Shown: positions 9,758 to 20,129, counted from the stretch's first letter. The stretch: DNA of 64,000 nucleotides from Spirochaetota bacterium (GCA_963664815.2 CAXXHB010000003.1:4096001-4160000); one strand, 5' to 3'. The notes: generated by a model not told the origin, from the sequence alone. Made by a program: numbers and translations.

Positions 9758-10306
9758 ATGAAAGTTCTTATTCCCCTCGCTGAAGGATTTGAAGAGATTG
9801 AAGCTGTAACAGTAATAGATCTGCTCAGGCGTGCTGATATTCATGCAGTCACCGCCGCGCTGAAGAAAAATCCCGTATCAGGCACTCACGATATACTTGT
9901 TACAGCTGATTGTCTGCTCAGCAAGGTTATTTCAGAGATTGTGAACTTTGACGCTATTGTATTACCGGGTGGAATGCCAGGAAGTGCAAATCTAAAAAAC
10001 GACCCCCGTATTATTAATATAATAAAACAAATTAATAAGTCGGGGGGGCTTACCGCAGCCATTTGTGCAGCACCGATTGTACTTTCAGAAGCAAAAATAT
10101 TAACAGGGAAAAAATTCACATGCTACCCTGGTTACGAAGATGAAATAACAGAAGGTATATTTACAGATGAAAGTGTTGCTTCTGACGGATCTATTATCAC
10201 CTGTAAAGGAGCTGGTCTGGCTACTTTATTTGCTCTTGCTATTATAGAATTTATTAAGGATAAGGAAACTGCAAAAAGAATCAAAGAGCAGGTAATGTCC
10301 GCCTGA
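9758..10306 (+). CDS. DJ-1/PfpI (YajL/ThiJ-like) protein
   Basis: GFEEIE, LPGGMPG, AAICAAP (catalytic Cys), TCYPG. Confidence 0.9.
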   Translation: MKVLIPLAEGFEEIEAVTVIDLLRRADIHAVTAALKKNPVSGTHDILVTADCLLSKVISEIVNFDAIVLPGGMPGSANLKNDPRIINIIKQINKSGGLTAAICAAPIVLSEAKILTGKKFTCYPGYEDEITEGIFTDESVASDGSIITCKGAGLATLFALAIIEFIKDKETAKRIKEQVMSA

Positions 10307-10497
10307 TAAATTCTCCCAAAATAGTGCAAATTTGTACTTTCATTTTTAAATATAAACTTGACAGATTTTCCCCTTTATTGTATAAAAGAATAAAGTATTA
10401 TTGAAAATATGAAATTTTTTACAGTGCAAATTTGTGAATACATTTTAGCGAATAATAAATATTTTCTCAAATTAATATAACAGATAATTAAAAAAAT

Positions 10498-11517
10498 ATG
10501 GGAATAAATCCATTTAAAGATTCCAATCTTGAAGATCTTCAGCAAAATATAAGTGATTTTCTGATAGATCATTTTGTCGATAAAAAGCATCGCATAAAAG
10601 CCCTCTGGAAACGTATCAATGACAAGGGGAATGAACGCATTACGGTTATGTTCATCCCTCATTCTGAAAAGAAAATCGTAAATTTTCATATATCAATTTA
10701 TACTATCACAACAGTTGCATCGATTATTTTTATAACAGTAATAGTAACCTCTATTCTGATAATAAACCATTCATCCACAGTAAAAGAAGTTTCCATACTT
10801 AAACGGGATGGATCAGATTCCAAGGTACAGATACAAATATATAAAGAAGAGATAAACAAATTATACGATATATTCCAGAAGTTTAAACCTGAACTTACAT
10901 ATCTATATTCACTCACTCCTGACAGTAATATAGACTCACTTTGGGCAAAAGGGGGAGAGAATAATCCAAATCCCAACTCAGAACAAACTGACAATGATCC
11001 GAATGTGCCTTCAATAGAACTCCTTAATATACAGGAAGTTAAACATGAACTTGAAACCACAAAAGATGTCGTTGGAAAAATAAAAAGCTTCCTTAATTAC
11101 AGGAAAAAGATTATTGAAAATACACCCTCAATCTGGCCGGTAGAGGGATATATTGTATCCAGGTATGGCTACAGGAACTCACCCTATTCGTTTGAAACTG
11201 AATTCCATTATGGAATAGATATAGAAACATTTCCCTGTTCAGAAATTAAGTCAACCGCACCGGGAAATATCAGTGAAATAAAATGGGATCCTGCACTTGG
11301 ACTGACAGTATCAGTTCGTCATAAATATGGATTTATAACATCTTACAGTCATTGTCAGAGAGTTTCTGTCGAAGTAGGGCAGAAAGTCCTTAAGGGAGAA
11401 GTTATCGGTTATGCAGGTAAAACAGGTAAAACCACTGAATATATATGTTTCTACCAGATTAAAATCGGAACAGAATATGTTGACCCGATGCCATACCTTA
11501 ACAGAATTTCGCGTTAA
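10498..11517 (+). CDS. Membrane-anchored coiled-coil M23/LytM-domain protein with degenerate HxH motif
   Basis: TM helix, coiled coil, PSIWPV, FHYGIDI, YSHC, VEVGQKV; the expected TGPHLHYEI reads TEYICFYQI. Confidence 0.8.
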   Translation: MGINPFKDSNLEDLQQNISDFLIDHFVDKKHRIKALWKRINDKGNERITVMFIPHSEKKIVNFHISIYTITTVASIIFITVIVTSILIINHSSTVKEVSILKRDGSDSKVQIQIYKEEINKLYDIFQKFKPELTYLYSLTPDSNIDSLWAKGGENNPNPNSEQTDNDPNVPSIELLNIQEVKHELETTKDVVGKIKSFLNYRKKIIENTPSIWPVEGYIVSRYGYRNSPYSFETEFHYGIDIETFPCSEIKSTAPGNISEIKWDPALGLTVSVRHKYGFITSYSHCQRVSVEVGQKVLKGEVIGYAGKTGKTTEYICFYQIKIGTEYVDPMPYLNRISR

Positions 11518-11534
11518 ATAAAATTACTGAACCC

Positions 11535-11575
11535 ATATATAAAGAAGACCGGAACTACCGGTCTTCTTTATATAT
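11535..11575. terminator. Bidirectional intrinsic terminator between the convergent M23 gene and fliM
   Basis: 18-bp perfect stem ATATATAAAGAAGACCGG-AACTA-CCGGTCTTCTTTATATAT. Confidence 0.85.
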
Positions 11576-11594
11576 TCTATATTTCATAATTTTT

Positions 11595-12620
11595 CTAAAA
11601 GTCATCTTCACTCCTGCTTGAAGTAAGAAGCTCATCAGGGATCTCGTCTATTTTATCTCCTACTTTTACAGCAAGCCTGTTAGAAACAAGTCCGGGAGTA
11701 CATTTATATTTTTTCCTCCCTCCGATGGTAAGTGTCATGTCATCGCCAACTTTTGTATCGGGCAGCTTTAACACATCACCAGGCCTTAATCCCAGAACTT
11801 CCTGTACTGAAATCTTCGCACTACCTATCTGGGCAACTATTGGAAGAGAAACATTCTCCAGCCTGCTCTGAATAATTGTCAGATTTTCATCCGTTGCCCC
11901 TTTTCTGATACTTGAATACATATACTGAGCTGAAAGCTTCGATATAATTGGTTCAATGGAGATATAAGGAATACAGAGATTTGTCATCCCCTCTACTTCA
12001 CCTACTTTCGTTTCAAGTGTTATTAATACAACCATGTCATTCGGAGGTACTATCTGCGCAAACTGGGGATTTGTTTCTATATTTCCCAGCCTGGGACGAA
12101 GATCAATTACATTAGACCATGCTTCACGAAGGTTTCCAAGGATCCTTACAATAATACCCTCCATAACAGAGAGCTCAATATCTGTAAGTTCCCGACTGAT
12201 TTTTGTCGCCTCTCCAAGTCCTCCAAAAAGCTTATCTATAATTGTAAAAGTAATTGATGGGTCAATTTCAAGAACCGCCGATCCCTTTAGAGGATCCATG
12301 TTTATTACCGCCAATGTAGTCGGGTTAGGAATTGATCTGATAAACTCCTCATAGGTAAGCTGATCAACAGATGCAACGTGAACGCCAACAAGCGCACGGA
12401 GCTGTGCAGAGAGAGCCGTGGTTGTAAGACGGGCAAATGTCTCATGCATCATCTGAAGTGTACGAATATGATCCTTTGAGAATTTATCAGGTCTCCGGAA
12501 GTCATAAATCTTAACTTTTTTCTGTTCTTTAACCGCTGTATAATCTGTGGTATCCACCTCTCCAGTGGATATAGCAGTCAACAGGGCATCAATCTCATCC
12601 TGTGATAATATCTCTGTCAT
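11595..12620 (-). CDS. fliM: Flagellar motor switch protein FliM
   Basis: CheY-binding N-terminus EILSQDEIDALL; YDFRRPDKFSKD; ETNPQFAQIV; C-terminal SpoA domain. Confidence 0.97.
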   Translation of the reverse strand: MTEILSQDEIDALLTAISTGEVDTTDYTAVKEQKKVKIYDFRRPDKFSKDHIRTLQMMHETFARLTTTALSAQLRALVGVHVASVDQLTYEEFIRSIPNPTTLAVINMDPLKGSAVLEIDPSITFTIIDKLFGGLGEATKISRELTDIELSVMEGIIVRILGNLREAWSNVIDLRPRLGNIETNPQFAQIVPPNDMVVLITLETKVGEVEGMTNLCIPYISIEPIISKLSAQYMYSSIRKGATDENLTIIQSRLENVSLPIVAQIGSAKISVQEVLGLRPGDVLKLPDTKVGDDMTLTIGGRKKYKCTPGLVSNRLAVKVGDKIDEIPDELLTSSRSEDDF

Positions 12621-13618
12621 TTTCTTCCACCCTTTGTAATACTTGCTTCAATTCCGGATACAAGCCATAAATAATCATTTTCATTGCTTTTTTCAAGCCT
12701 GTAAACATATTTCACTCTTTCACTCTTTATCATGCCGTTTCTTGAAGCGTCAACGGTGACCTGTGATGTCAGTCCATTATTGTCAATTTCTTCATTTATA
12801 ATTCTATAATCAACAAGATAATCATTCTTCCGGTTAACAAGAAACCGTATAAACTCATTTTCAATTAATTTTTTTTCATAATCATCCGCAAGATCATACT
12901 TTCTTGAATAATCAGGATAAGAATGTATAAATTTATCAATGTCGATATATTTAAGTGATCTTTCCCATTGGTTATCTCTTTCAGCGCTGAGAAGCAGGAG
13001 TATAACTTCAGAAGGTGTAAGAGTTACCCCTCCAGGTGTTTTTGCATGATATGGCATATATACTTTGTCGTTAATCACTTTAAACGACAACTCATTACTG
13101 CTTATTATTACTTTTTTTTCATCTTCTACATCACCAATAAATGGAAAGAAATGAAGTTTCAACCTGTAATTTTTTCCGGCTTCGAAATTGTATATTCTTT
13201 TGAGATTCTGTGTATGCATAAAAGTTTCGCCGGCTCCAAGCTTTACTTCGCGTTTTTTCATCCATGATACAGTCTCCAGTTTATCTTTCCCGGTGATTAT
13301 GTATGGAACTATAAGCTCTGCATTCTTACCCTTCATATCAAATACTACCGGCTTGAATGTAGTATAATCAGCATCATCTCCCCTTGCCTTGTCAAACAGA
13401 TCTGTTCTTTGAGGAGAATCATATATATAAAAAGCAATTTCATCGTTCGTTACGTTTTTCACCTGAATACTCAGCATGATATCTTCACTGTTATGAAACT
13501 TCTGCTTTTCAAGATAAAGGTAAACGCTGAAAGCATTAGTCTCCCTTCCTTCTGAAATATTCACAAGCATAAATAAAGCGCATAATATTGTTATAAAAAT
13601 ATGATAAATTCTTTTCAT
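12617..13618 (-). CDS. Exported hypothetical protein translationally coupled to fliM
   Basis: 333-aa ORF with signal peptide; its stop overlaps the fliM start (ATGA). Confidence 0.7.
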   Translation of the reverse strand: MKRIYHIFITILCALFMLVNISEGRETNAFSVYLYLEKQKFHNSEDIMLSIQVKNVTNDEIAFYIYDSPQRTDLFDKARGDDADYTTFKPVVFDMKGKNAELIVPYIITGKDKLETVSWMKKREVKLGAGETFMHTQNLKRIYNFEAGKNYRLKLHFFPFIGDVEDEKKVIISSNELSFKVINDKVYMPYHAKTPGGVTLTPSEVILLLLSAERDNQWERSLKYIDIDKFIHSYPDYSRKYDLADDYEKKLIENEFIRFLVNRKNDYLVDYRIINEEIDNNGLTSQVTVDASRNGMIKSERVKYVYRLEKSNENDYLWLVSGIEASITKGGRK

Positions 13619-13751
13619 TAAGATTACAACCGGTTTTACAAAGATATTTCTTCTTTTAAATTATCGACATAATCAAAATTTTTTATTATAAAATTATTGG
13701 GATAGATGGATAAGTAAAGATTTCAATAGAGTATTTTCAATTTTCTTCATT

Positions 13752-14402
13752 TTATTTATTGGTCATATTTTCCGATGTTTGCGACTCAACATGTGACATT
13801 CTTCCTTTACCTGTCTCTATGAGAAATTTAGATACTGACTCAGTAATTAAATCAGACGAAAGATCAGTATCCAGCAATGATATAGAAAATATATCATTAA
13901 AACGTTCTGCATTTTCTTTGTATTCATCAATGAAAAAATTGATTTCGGGATTTTGTGTGGAAAGCAGGCTCATTACACTGTGAGGATTTCCTCCAATTCC
14001 ATATTTTTTTTCAAATTCACCACCCTTGGTAAGGAGAATAAAATTACCCTTCAGATTTCTGCAATCCGCCCCCTTACTCAGAATAACGTATGCAATCAGG
14101 AATGTCTTGAATATTTTTAACATGTCAGAATCCGGAACTGCAATCAGTCCCGAGTCTATCTGGCTATCCATAATTATTGCACGTGGAAATCCATTCTCAT
14201 TTATAAAACGCAGAAGTTCTTTTCTTATAAATGCCGTTTTACCCGATTTGGCAATCCCGGTACGCATCATCTGAATAGAAGTCAATGCCGGATAATCAGC
14301 CACTATATCCAATCCAAGGCCGTTTAAAGCTATTCTGATTGGTGAAGTTATTCTGGACTTCTCGGTTATAAGGATTATTTTATTAGAAATTTCTATGGAC
14401 AT
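13752..14402 (-). CDS. Hypothetical protein, possibly a divergent receiver-like fold
   Basis: 216-aa ORF; KIILITE...IRIAL...PRAIIMD pattern loosely resembles a REC domain. Confidence 0.6.
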   Translation of the reverse strand: MSIEISNKIILITEKSRITSPIRIALNGLGLDIVADYPALTSIQMMRTGIAKSGKTAFIRKELLRFINENGFPRAIIMDSQIDSGLIAVPDSDMLKIFKTFLIAYVILSKGADCRNLKGNFILLTKGGEFEKKYGIGGNPHSVMSLLSTQNPEINFFIDEYKENAERFNDIFSISLLDTDLSSDLITESVSKFLIETGKGRMSHVESQTSENMTNK

Positions 14403-14638
14403 TGGTGTAAATCCCCGGACAAGTTGATGTATATAATTATATTAACTTTTATAATTTTAAAGCTTGATGTCAATATAATTAAATCCCGAAATTATAATGT
14501 ATTATCCGGACGAAATAAGTCAAAAAAAAGATGTATTTACTTCAACCATCTGTGTCTAATTTCCTGACAAATAAACGACAACCCTGATATAAAAGATTTT
14601 TGAACTACCCGCAGAGCGGGTGGTTTTCGTTTCACAAG

Positions 14639-14665
14639 AAAAGGCCCACCCGAAGGTGAGCCTTT
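14639..14665 (-). terminator. Intrinsic terminator of the Fe-S oxidoreductase gene
   Basis: Minus strand AAAGGCTCACC-TTCG-GGTGGGCCTTTT, about 30 nt after the stop. Confidence 0.8.
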
Positions 14666-14696
14666 AATAATATTATACTGTTAAACGTGTTTAAAT

Positions 14697-16844
14697 TTAT
14701 TTTTCCATTGAATTAAAAACATATTCTGCAATATCAAATGTTGTAAGATTTTCTATTTCAAGCTCTGTTGCACCATCTGAAAGCATTGTAAGACAGAATG
14801 GACATGCAGTACAGATTTTTGTAGCACCGCTTGATTGGGCGTCTTTTGTCCTGAACTGATTAATCCTTGTTCCAAGATGCTCTTCAATAAACATTCTCGC
14901 TCCGCCAGCTCCACAGCAGAAGCTTCTGTCATGGTTTCTGCTCATTTCAACATATTCAGTTCCTGGTATAGCCCTGATAACATCCCTTGGCTGTGAATAT
15001 ATTTCATTGTATCTGCCGAGAAAACATGAATCATGATATGTTATTTTTTCATTAAGAGCTTCTTTAAGTTTGATCTTTCCACTCTTAATTAATTCATCTA
15101 TTACTTCTGTATGGTGGAAAACTTCAACATTATACTCAAGCGGGTTTCCATCAGAGCCCATCCCGACTTTAGCAAAAGAAGCATACTCTTTCTTAAGCAT
15201 ATTGTATCCATGAGGGCATGTTGTAATTATTTTCTTTATACCATAAGATTTAAAAGTTTCAAGATTCTGTGTTGCCAGTGAATGGAAAAGGTATTCATTT
15301 CCACCTCTCATTGCAGCATCACCACAGCATGCTTCTTCAGCTCCGAGTATACCTACTTTGAGACCGGCTTTTTTCATTACATTTAAGAGAGCTATAGCAA
15401 CTTTCTGGCTTCTCTTATCATAAGACGCCGCACATCCTACAAAATATACATAGTCAACATCAGGATCTTCTGCAAGTGTTTTTACTCCAAGATCAGCCGG
15501 GAGCCATGCGCCCCTTTCACCAAACGCAAAACCATACGGATTAAAGTTTGTTTCCATGTTCATGAAAGTTGTCTGAAGCTCTGGAGCCATATCCCCTTCC
15601 ATGAGAACTTTGTACCTTCTCATATCAATCATTTTTGGAACATGCTCAATGTTAACCGGACATGCCTGCATACATGCCGCGCAGTTTGTACATGACCAGA
15701 ATTCATCAGGCTGGACGGAACCTGAACCTTCTGTACCATCACCAATAAGAGGCAGAGTTTCAAGAGATGCCTTATCCTCAGCAACCATAAGCTGCGGAAT
15801 ACGGATATCCATATTATCTTTAACATCATTAATCATTTTTTTCGGGGATAGAGGTTTTTCTGTCAAATGAGCCGGACAATTATCCTGGCATCTTCCGCAT
15901 CTTGTACATGCATCTCCATCCATAAGCTGTTTCCAGGTATATTCTTCAACCTTGCTTACTCCAAAACTTTCAGCTACTTCAAAAACCGCAGGGTCAATTA
16001 CAGGAACAGTAAATTTTGTTTTTGGAGATTCGTTGTTAAGATTTCCATAATAAATATTAAGAAATGAGATAAGAATGTGTCCAATCTTGTCTGTGGCAAC
16101 AAGACCTATAAAACTGAAAGCTGCCAGCATATGCACCCACCAGTTAATATAGTGAGCAGTTCTGAGGCTGCTTTCACTCATAGCTGAGAAAGGCAGTGCA
16201 AAAATATAACCAAAAGGTGAAGCAAGTTTTTCAAACACCGGGAAATCTGTAATAGCAATTCTCATTGCTTCATTAACAAAACCTGAAATAATAATTAATG
16301 TTATCAGAACCAGTGCGAATGTATCGATCGCTTTTGTATCAAGTCGTGTAGGTTTAAGAACATATCTTCTGTAGATAGCCATAATAAGACCGATAAGGAC
16401 AACAATCCCGAATAAATCACCAAATAAAGACCAGATGATATAGAAATCACCATGTATAAAATGGTAATGGAAAAAGAGCCCCGTAAAGTCTTCCTGTACA
16501 ACAATAATCATTGTAACAACAAAAAGCACAATAAAACCGAAAAATATAGCAGCATGCATTATACCGGCATATTTTTCCCTTATAACTTTTGCCTGTAAAA
16601 AGGCATACTTAATAACGGCCAGAATTCTCTTTTCAGGGAAATCTGTCCTTAGTTCGCTTTTACCCTGTCTCCATATCTGCACTTTTTTAATGATTGTATA
16701 AAGCAGATAAAAAACCGCGGCAAACATAAAAATGTAAACCCCCCATCTCATAAATCCATGAGGGCCTCCGACATTAAAATAAAACTCGCGCGTAACATCG
16801 GAACTCGCCATACCAAAAGAAGCGGCAATACTCATCTGGGTCAT
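14697..16844 (-). CDS. Membrane-bound Fe-S oxidoreductase (NarI-like cytochrome b + 2x[4Fe-4S] + 2 CCG domains; FadF/HdrF/ETF:menaquinone oxidoreductase type)
   Basis: Multi-TM N-terminus with His ligands (GIMH, WWVHML); CTRCGRCQDNCP and CTNCAACMQACP; EACCG, TCPHG, YHDSC, FCCGAGG, CPFC. True start may be the ATG at 16835 (better spacing to AGGAGG). Confidence 0.88.
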   Translation of the reverse strand: MTQMSIAASFGMASSDVTREFYFNVGGPHGFMRWGVYIFMFAAVFYLLYTIIKKVQIWRQGKSELRTDFPEKRILAVIKYAFLQAKVIREKYAGIMHAAIFFGFIVLFVVTMIIVVQEDFTGLFFHYHFIHGDFYIIWSLFGDLFGIVVLIGLIMAIYRRYVLKPTRLDTKAIDTFALVLITLIIISGFVNEAMRIAITDFPVFEKLASPFGYIFALPFSAMSESSLRTAHYINWWVHMLAAFSFIGLVATDKIGHILISFLNIYYGNLNNESPKTKFTVPVIDPAVFEVAESFGVSKVEEYTWKQLMDGDACTRCGRCQDNCPAHLTEKPLSPKKMINDVKDNMDIRIPQLMVAEDKASLETLPLIGDGTEGSGSVQPDEFWSCTNCAACMQACPVNIEHVPKMIDMRRYKVLMEGDMAPELQTTFMNMETNFNPYGFAFGERGAWLPADLGVKTLAEDPDVDYVYFVGCAASYDKRSQKVAIALLNVMKKAGLKVGILGAEEACCGDAAMRGGNEYLFHSLATQNLETFKSYGIKKIITTCPHGYNMLKKEYASFAKVGMGSDGNPLEYNVEVFHHTEVIDELIKSGKIKLKEALNEKITYHDSCFLGRYNEIYSQPRDVIRAIPGTEYVEMSRNHDRSFCCGAGGARMFIEEHLGTRINQFRTKDAQSSGATKICTACPFCLTMLSDGATELEIENLTTFDIAEYVFNSMEK

Positions 16845-17038
16845 CCTCCTAAAAATATCGGTTCTATAAAATTTTTTATAGTTGGTTGCAGACAGCTCTC
16901 AGAAACCAGTACCCGGCGACTCTGATTTTCTGATCAGTATATGTTAATATGTTTAATTTCAGGTATTATACTGTAAAAAAATTGTCAACAAAATTTCAGG
17001 GGGAGGGATATTATTGGGTCTCTGCCAAAGTCAATGTC

Positions 17039-17080
17039 TATAATATTAAAAAGCGGGTTATCCCGCTTTTTAATATTATA
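17039..17080 (-). terminator. Intrinsic terminator of the beta-barrel gene
   Basis: TATAATATTAAAAAGCGGG-TTAT-CCCGCTTTTTAATATTATA perfect stem. Confidence 0.8.
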
Positions 17081-17103
17081 TTACCGTCATTGTGAAATAT
17101 TTT

Positions 17104-17640
17104 TTAAAAATTATATGCTATCCCTATATTTGCCTGCATCGCAGTATCATCTCTTGCAGCAATATCCAGGAACTTGTATCGGCCCTCAATTAATAAAGAA
17201 AGAGGTGTCCCGCCGATTTTGATATCAAGCCCGAGAAACAGGTCTACACCTGCATCTGAATCCTCATTTGCTGTATTATCATCTTCAAAGTTATAATAAT
17301 TAAGAGACGGGCCGAATCCTATAAATGGTGCTATTGCACCCTTGTCGAGAAAGTGCCAGTACCAGTCAAAATGTATTCCCCAAACATCCACGTTTTTAGT
17401 TTTATTATCAGGATTTTCGAGTGTAAACATATCAACACCCGGCCTGAAGTCCAGGCTATCAATTAAAAATTTACCCATATCAAAATAAACACCGAATACC
17501 CAGTCATTATCATAATCACTCAGGTTATCCTTAGGCATTGTATACCCACCCTTAATCCCTATTGCTTTAGCGAAAACATCATTTGTTGAATAGCCTACAA
17601 AAAGGCAAAGTGTTATTAAAAGTAATAATAGCTTCTTCAT
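17104..17640 (-). CDS. Small outer-membrane beta-barrel protein (8-stranded, OmpA/OmpW-like)
   Basis: Signal peptide, amphipathic strands, PFIGFG, EGRYKF, C-terminal GIAYNF BAM-type signal. Confidence 0.8.
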   Translation of the reverse strand: MKKLLLLLITLCLFVGYSTNDVFAKAIGIKGGYTMPKDNLSDYDNDWVFGVYFDMGKFLIDSLDFRPGVDMFTLENPDNKTKNVDVWGIHFDWYWHFLDKGAIAPFIGFGPSLNYYNFEDDNTANEDSDAGVDLFLGLDIKIGGTPLSLLIEGRYKFLDIAARDDTAMQANIGIAYNF

Positions 17641-17896
17641 TTAAGTCTCCTTTTAAAAAAGATTATTTTAAATATAGAGCTTTTAATTATGTGCTGAATC
17701 TTTTGTCAATTTCTTTTAAGTTATCTATTTTAAAAGAAAACATTTCAGCAATTAAAGTTGTTTATAAATTAATAAGCTACATTTTATCTTTTTAATATTT
17801 TTCATTAATATCTATCCGGATTAAGCATTTCTGTGAAATTTTGCTTGAGCCTGACAAAATATTTTTTATATATTGACTAACGAGCAAGAGGATATA

Positions 17897-18991
17897 ATGA
17901 ATAGTTTTATTAAACGCAAAAAAACCCGGGTGGTAAAAATAGGATCTCTAACCATAGGGGGTGAATCACCAGTAATTGTTCAATCAATGACAAATGTTCC
18001 GATAGATGATGTTGGCAGGAATATTGCCCAGATAGAGAATCTCAAAAATAATGGCGCAGAGATTGTCAGGCTCGCAATCCGCAGTGAAAAAAGCATAGAG
18101 CCTCTATCAAAAATAATTAAAGCCTCACCAATCCCTCTTGTTGCGGACATTCATTTTGATTACAAACTCGCAATTGCATCGATTGATGCCGGTATCTCTA
18201 AAATCAGAATTAATCCGGGAAATATAGGTGATGAATATAAAATTAAAGAGGTTGTAAGAGCCGCCTCTGTGAACAACATCCCGATACGAATAGGTGTAAA
18301 CGGCGGATCAATTAATAGAAAAAAATATTCCCATGTAACGCCTGAAAGCCTGGTTGATTCGGCAATGGAAAATATAAGAATTCTTGAAGAGAATAATTTT
18401 AATAACATTGTTATATCAATTAAATGCACTGACATCTTTGATACTATCGAAGCAAACAGATTGATCTCGGAACTGAGGGATTATCCTATACATATCGGAC
18501 TTACAGAGGCAGGCTATGGCCTTTCCTGTATTGTACAGAGCTCAATTGTCACAGGACACTTACTTATGTCAGGAATTGGCGACACAATAAGAGTTTCAAT
18601 GACCGGGGATCCGGTAAATGAGGCTGTTACAGGGACAAAAATTCTTGAATCACTGAATCTCAAATATTCACCTGTACGGATAATCTCATGCCCTACATGC
18701 GGTAGAACAGCTGAAGATATAGATCTGCTTGCTATTGCCCAGGAAACAGAAAAAGAACTTACACATAAATTCAGCAAAACACTTAATGAAAGGAATGAAA
18801 AACTGACCATTGCAATAATGGGATGTGAAGTAAACGGACCTGGAGAAGCATCTGAAGCAGATTTTGGTCTTGCAGGGGGACAAAACGGTAAAATGCTTCT
18901 CTTTGCAAAAGGAGAAAGAATAAAAACAGTACCTGTAAAGGATGCCGTAAAAGAACTTATCGCTGCAATGTCAGATAAATTGTCTTTGTAG
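17897..18991 (+). CDS. ispG: (E)-4-hydroxy-3-methylbut-2-enyl-diphosphate synthase
   Basis: VQSMTN, PLVADIHF, RINPGN, RIGVNGGS, HIGLTEAG, CPTCGR, MGCEVNGPGE; ATG at 17897 follows GAGGA. Confidence 0.96.
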   Translation: MNSFIKRKKTRVVKIGSLTIGGESPVIVQSMTNVPIDDVGRNIAQIENLKNNGAEIVRLAIRSEKSIEPLSKIIKASPIPLVADIHFDYKLAIASIDAGISKIRINPGNIGDEYKIKEVVRAASVNNIPIRIGVNGGSINRKKYSHVTPESLVDSAMENIRILEENNFNNIVISIKCTDIFDTIEANRLISELRDYPIHIGLTEAGYGLSCIVQSSIVTGHLLMSGIGDTIRVSMTGDPVNEAVTGTKILESLNLKYSPVRIISCPTCGRTAEDIDLLAIAQETEKELTHKFSKTLNERNEKLTIAIMGCEVNGPGEASEADFGLAGGQNGKMLLFAKGERIKTVPVKDAVKELIAAMSDKLSL

Positions 18992-19208
18992 TTTAAAATA
19001 TCAATACACTTTTACTTTATACCAGCATTGGCTGTCTTCTTCCTGCCAAGCATGGTAATGGTTTAAAAAAGAGAAAATGTTTTTCATATACTCTCTTTTG
19101 CCACACTGGTGAAATGAGAAACGAACGACATATAAAAAGGCGGAAATACTTACGAAATCATAAGATACTCTGCACTTACCAATACGATGGGGAGAATAAT
19201 ATTAATTT

Positions 19209-20129
19209 TTAGAATCCTTTTTTCAGAAATGTCTGTGGATTTATCGCCATTCCGTTTTTTCTAATCTCGAAATGAAGGTGAGGGCCTGTGGATCTGCCGG
19301 TATTCCCTGATAATGCAATAATTTCACCCGGTTTTACAATCTGACCGCTTTTTACCAGGCTCTTCCCCAGATGACCATAATAGCTTCTGTAACCAAATTC
19401 ATGTTCTATTATGACCAGTTTGCCATAACCCTCTTCATACCCGGTAAAGACTACCTCCCCTTTTCTTGCGGCATGAACTGTTGTCCCTGTATGACATCCG
19501 AGATCTATCCCTTTGTGAAATTCCATTCTTCTGCTGTTAAAAGGATTTCTTCTTGTTCCGAACCCTGATGTCTTCTGACCAAACCTTATTGGTGAAAAAA
19601 AGGCAGTGCCGAGAAAAAGCGATTTTTCTATTTTAGAGATTTTTCCACAGGGTATAAATAAAAATTTCTTATCCAGATTTTCACTTTTATTAACAGCCTT
19701 TACATATTTTATATTAATTTTCTCACCGGTTATCACTGAATAGAGTGTTTTTAAACTCTCACCAGGTATAATTACACCTCTCATATTTGGAATGTAGATA
19801 ATCGTACCCGGCTCTACCTGAAAAGGTGAAGTTAGATTATTCACCGACATCAGGGTATCCATGTCGAGTGAGCACTTTGACATCACAACCCAGAAGTTTT
19901 CATTTTCCTTCACACGATAGCTGTAAAATCTCAATTCAGGAAGATTTTTTTCCGGTCTTCCGCTTTTTACTGTATAAATAGTCTGTTTTATATCTTCTCT
20001 TATTGTTTTTAAAATCGAATTATTCTGATATATAAGATTATCCAGTTTCTCTACCTGACTGTCTGCATATCCTCTGATAGACAATAATACTCCAGACAAT
20101 AACATTAATATCATAAACTTATGTTTCAT
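19209..20129 (-). CDS. LysM + M23 family metallo-endopeptidase
   Basis: Signal peptide; LysM-like YRVKENEN...NNL; intact FHKGID, YGHL and TGPHLHFEI. Confidence 0.88.
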   Translation of the reverse strand: MKHKFMILMLLSGVLLSIRGYADSQVEKLDNLIYQNNSILKTIREDIKQTIYTVKSGRPEKNLPELRFYSYRVKENENFWVVMSKCSLDMDTLMSVNNLTSPFQVEPGTIIYIPNMRGVIIPGESLKTLYSVITGEKINIKYVKAVNKSENLDKKFLFIPCGKISKIEKSLFLGTAFFSPIRFGQKTSGFGTRRNPFNSRRMEFHKGIDLGCHTGTTVHAARKGEVVFTGYEEGYGKLVIIEHEFGYRSYYGHLGKSLVKSGQIVKPGEIIALSGNTGRSTGPHLHFEIRKNGMAINPQTFLKKGF

